A DNA stretch of 64,000 nt from NCBI GenBank assembly GCA_965112735.1, contig OZ218955.1, positions 806,001-870,000 on the forward strand. The letters are read 5' to 3'. The DNA comes from Phaeosaccion multiseriatum. Taxonomy: Eukaryota > Protista > Ochrophyta, other classes. The position numbers were made by a program, and so were the translations under genes. Numbering within the stretch: the stretch's first letter is position 1; each line of letters opens with the position of its first letter. The notes beneath the pieces were generated by a model that did no database searches, was not told where the DNA came from, and saw only the letters and a list, made by a program, of their open reading frames with translations. Positions 63,901 through 64,000 of the stretch are shown piece after piece.

Positions 63901-64000
63901 TACGAGAAGGAGGAGGAGGAGGAGGAGGAGGAGGAGGAGGAGGAGGAGGATGATGATGATTTTGAGGAGGAGGAGGAGGAGGAGGAGGAGGAGGAGGAGG
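57930..64000 (+). CDS. Large multi-exon membrane protein with a degenerate CPBP/Abi (type II CAAX protease)-like region and an acidic C-terminus; runs off the window end
   Basis: Several hydrophobic exons; spliced GASLCEE|LFLSGTGLP resembles the CPBP EExxxRG motif; ..[19 protein letters not shown]|P; last exon open from ~63589 to the end. Confidence 0.55.
59525..59700. repeat. Intronic ~63-bp tandem repeat, about 3 copies
   Basis: Repeated cggccttccactgccttccagtggctttcttcgtcctcccctcatgtttacgtctacggccctaca. Confidence 0.9.
63270..63510. repeat. Intronic ~20-bp degenerate minisatellite
   Basis: Repeated gagtgagcttgggtgtcgggat. Confidence 0.85.

Noticed and set aside
1-64000. tRNA, rRNA, transposase or reverse-transcriptase genes
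   Set aside because: None were recognisable by eye. Small ncRNAs such as intronic snoRNAs cannot be excluded without a covariance-model search.

Overview
This is eukaryotic nuclear DNA. It has GT-AG spliceosomal introns packed with microsatellites, and several genes carry signal peptide + 'AF' bipartite leaders, which points to a photosynthetic stramenopile (ochrophyte) alga. Most short ORFs in the track are artefacts of simple repeats. About 17 spliced genes can be assembled by hand: three paralogous ankyrin-repeat genes, UTP21/WDR36, a WRKY19-like Cys/His-repeat protein, an EngA/Der double GTPase, WDR44, a plastid-type MerA/LpdA-like flavoprotein reductase, an NDUFB4-like complex I subunit whose second exon is missing from the ORF track, a degenerate METTL13/EEF1AKMT4-like protein, a myristoylated EF-hand protein, an Asp/Asn beta-hydroxylase-domain protein, an MscS channel, a CPBP-like membrane protein and three hypotheticals. 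Most are arranged head-to-head. Main unexplained signals: (1) an 11-bp motif GTTGGTGRTAC (full form CAGCAG-TTGGTGRTA-CAGCAG) found at least 16 times exactly, on both strands, in introns and in several reading frames of exons; (2) an ankyrin family with fixed caps but variable repeat number and variable binding-face residues; (3) a ~1.85-kb unit bounded by ~150-bp inverted repeats that carries a PPR pseudogene; (4) introns with complementary microsatellites at their two ends. All gene models are manual and lack transcript support.
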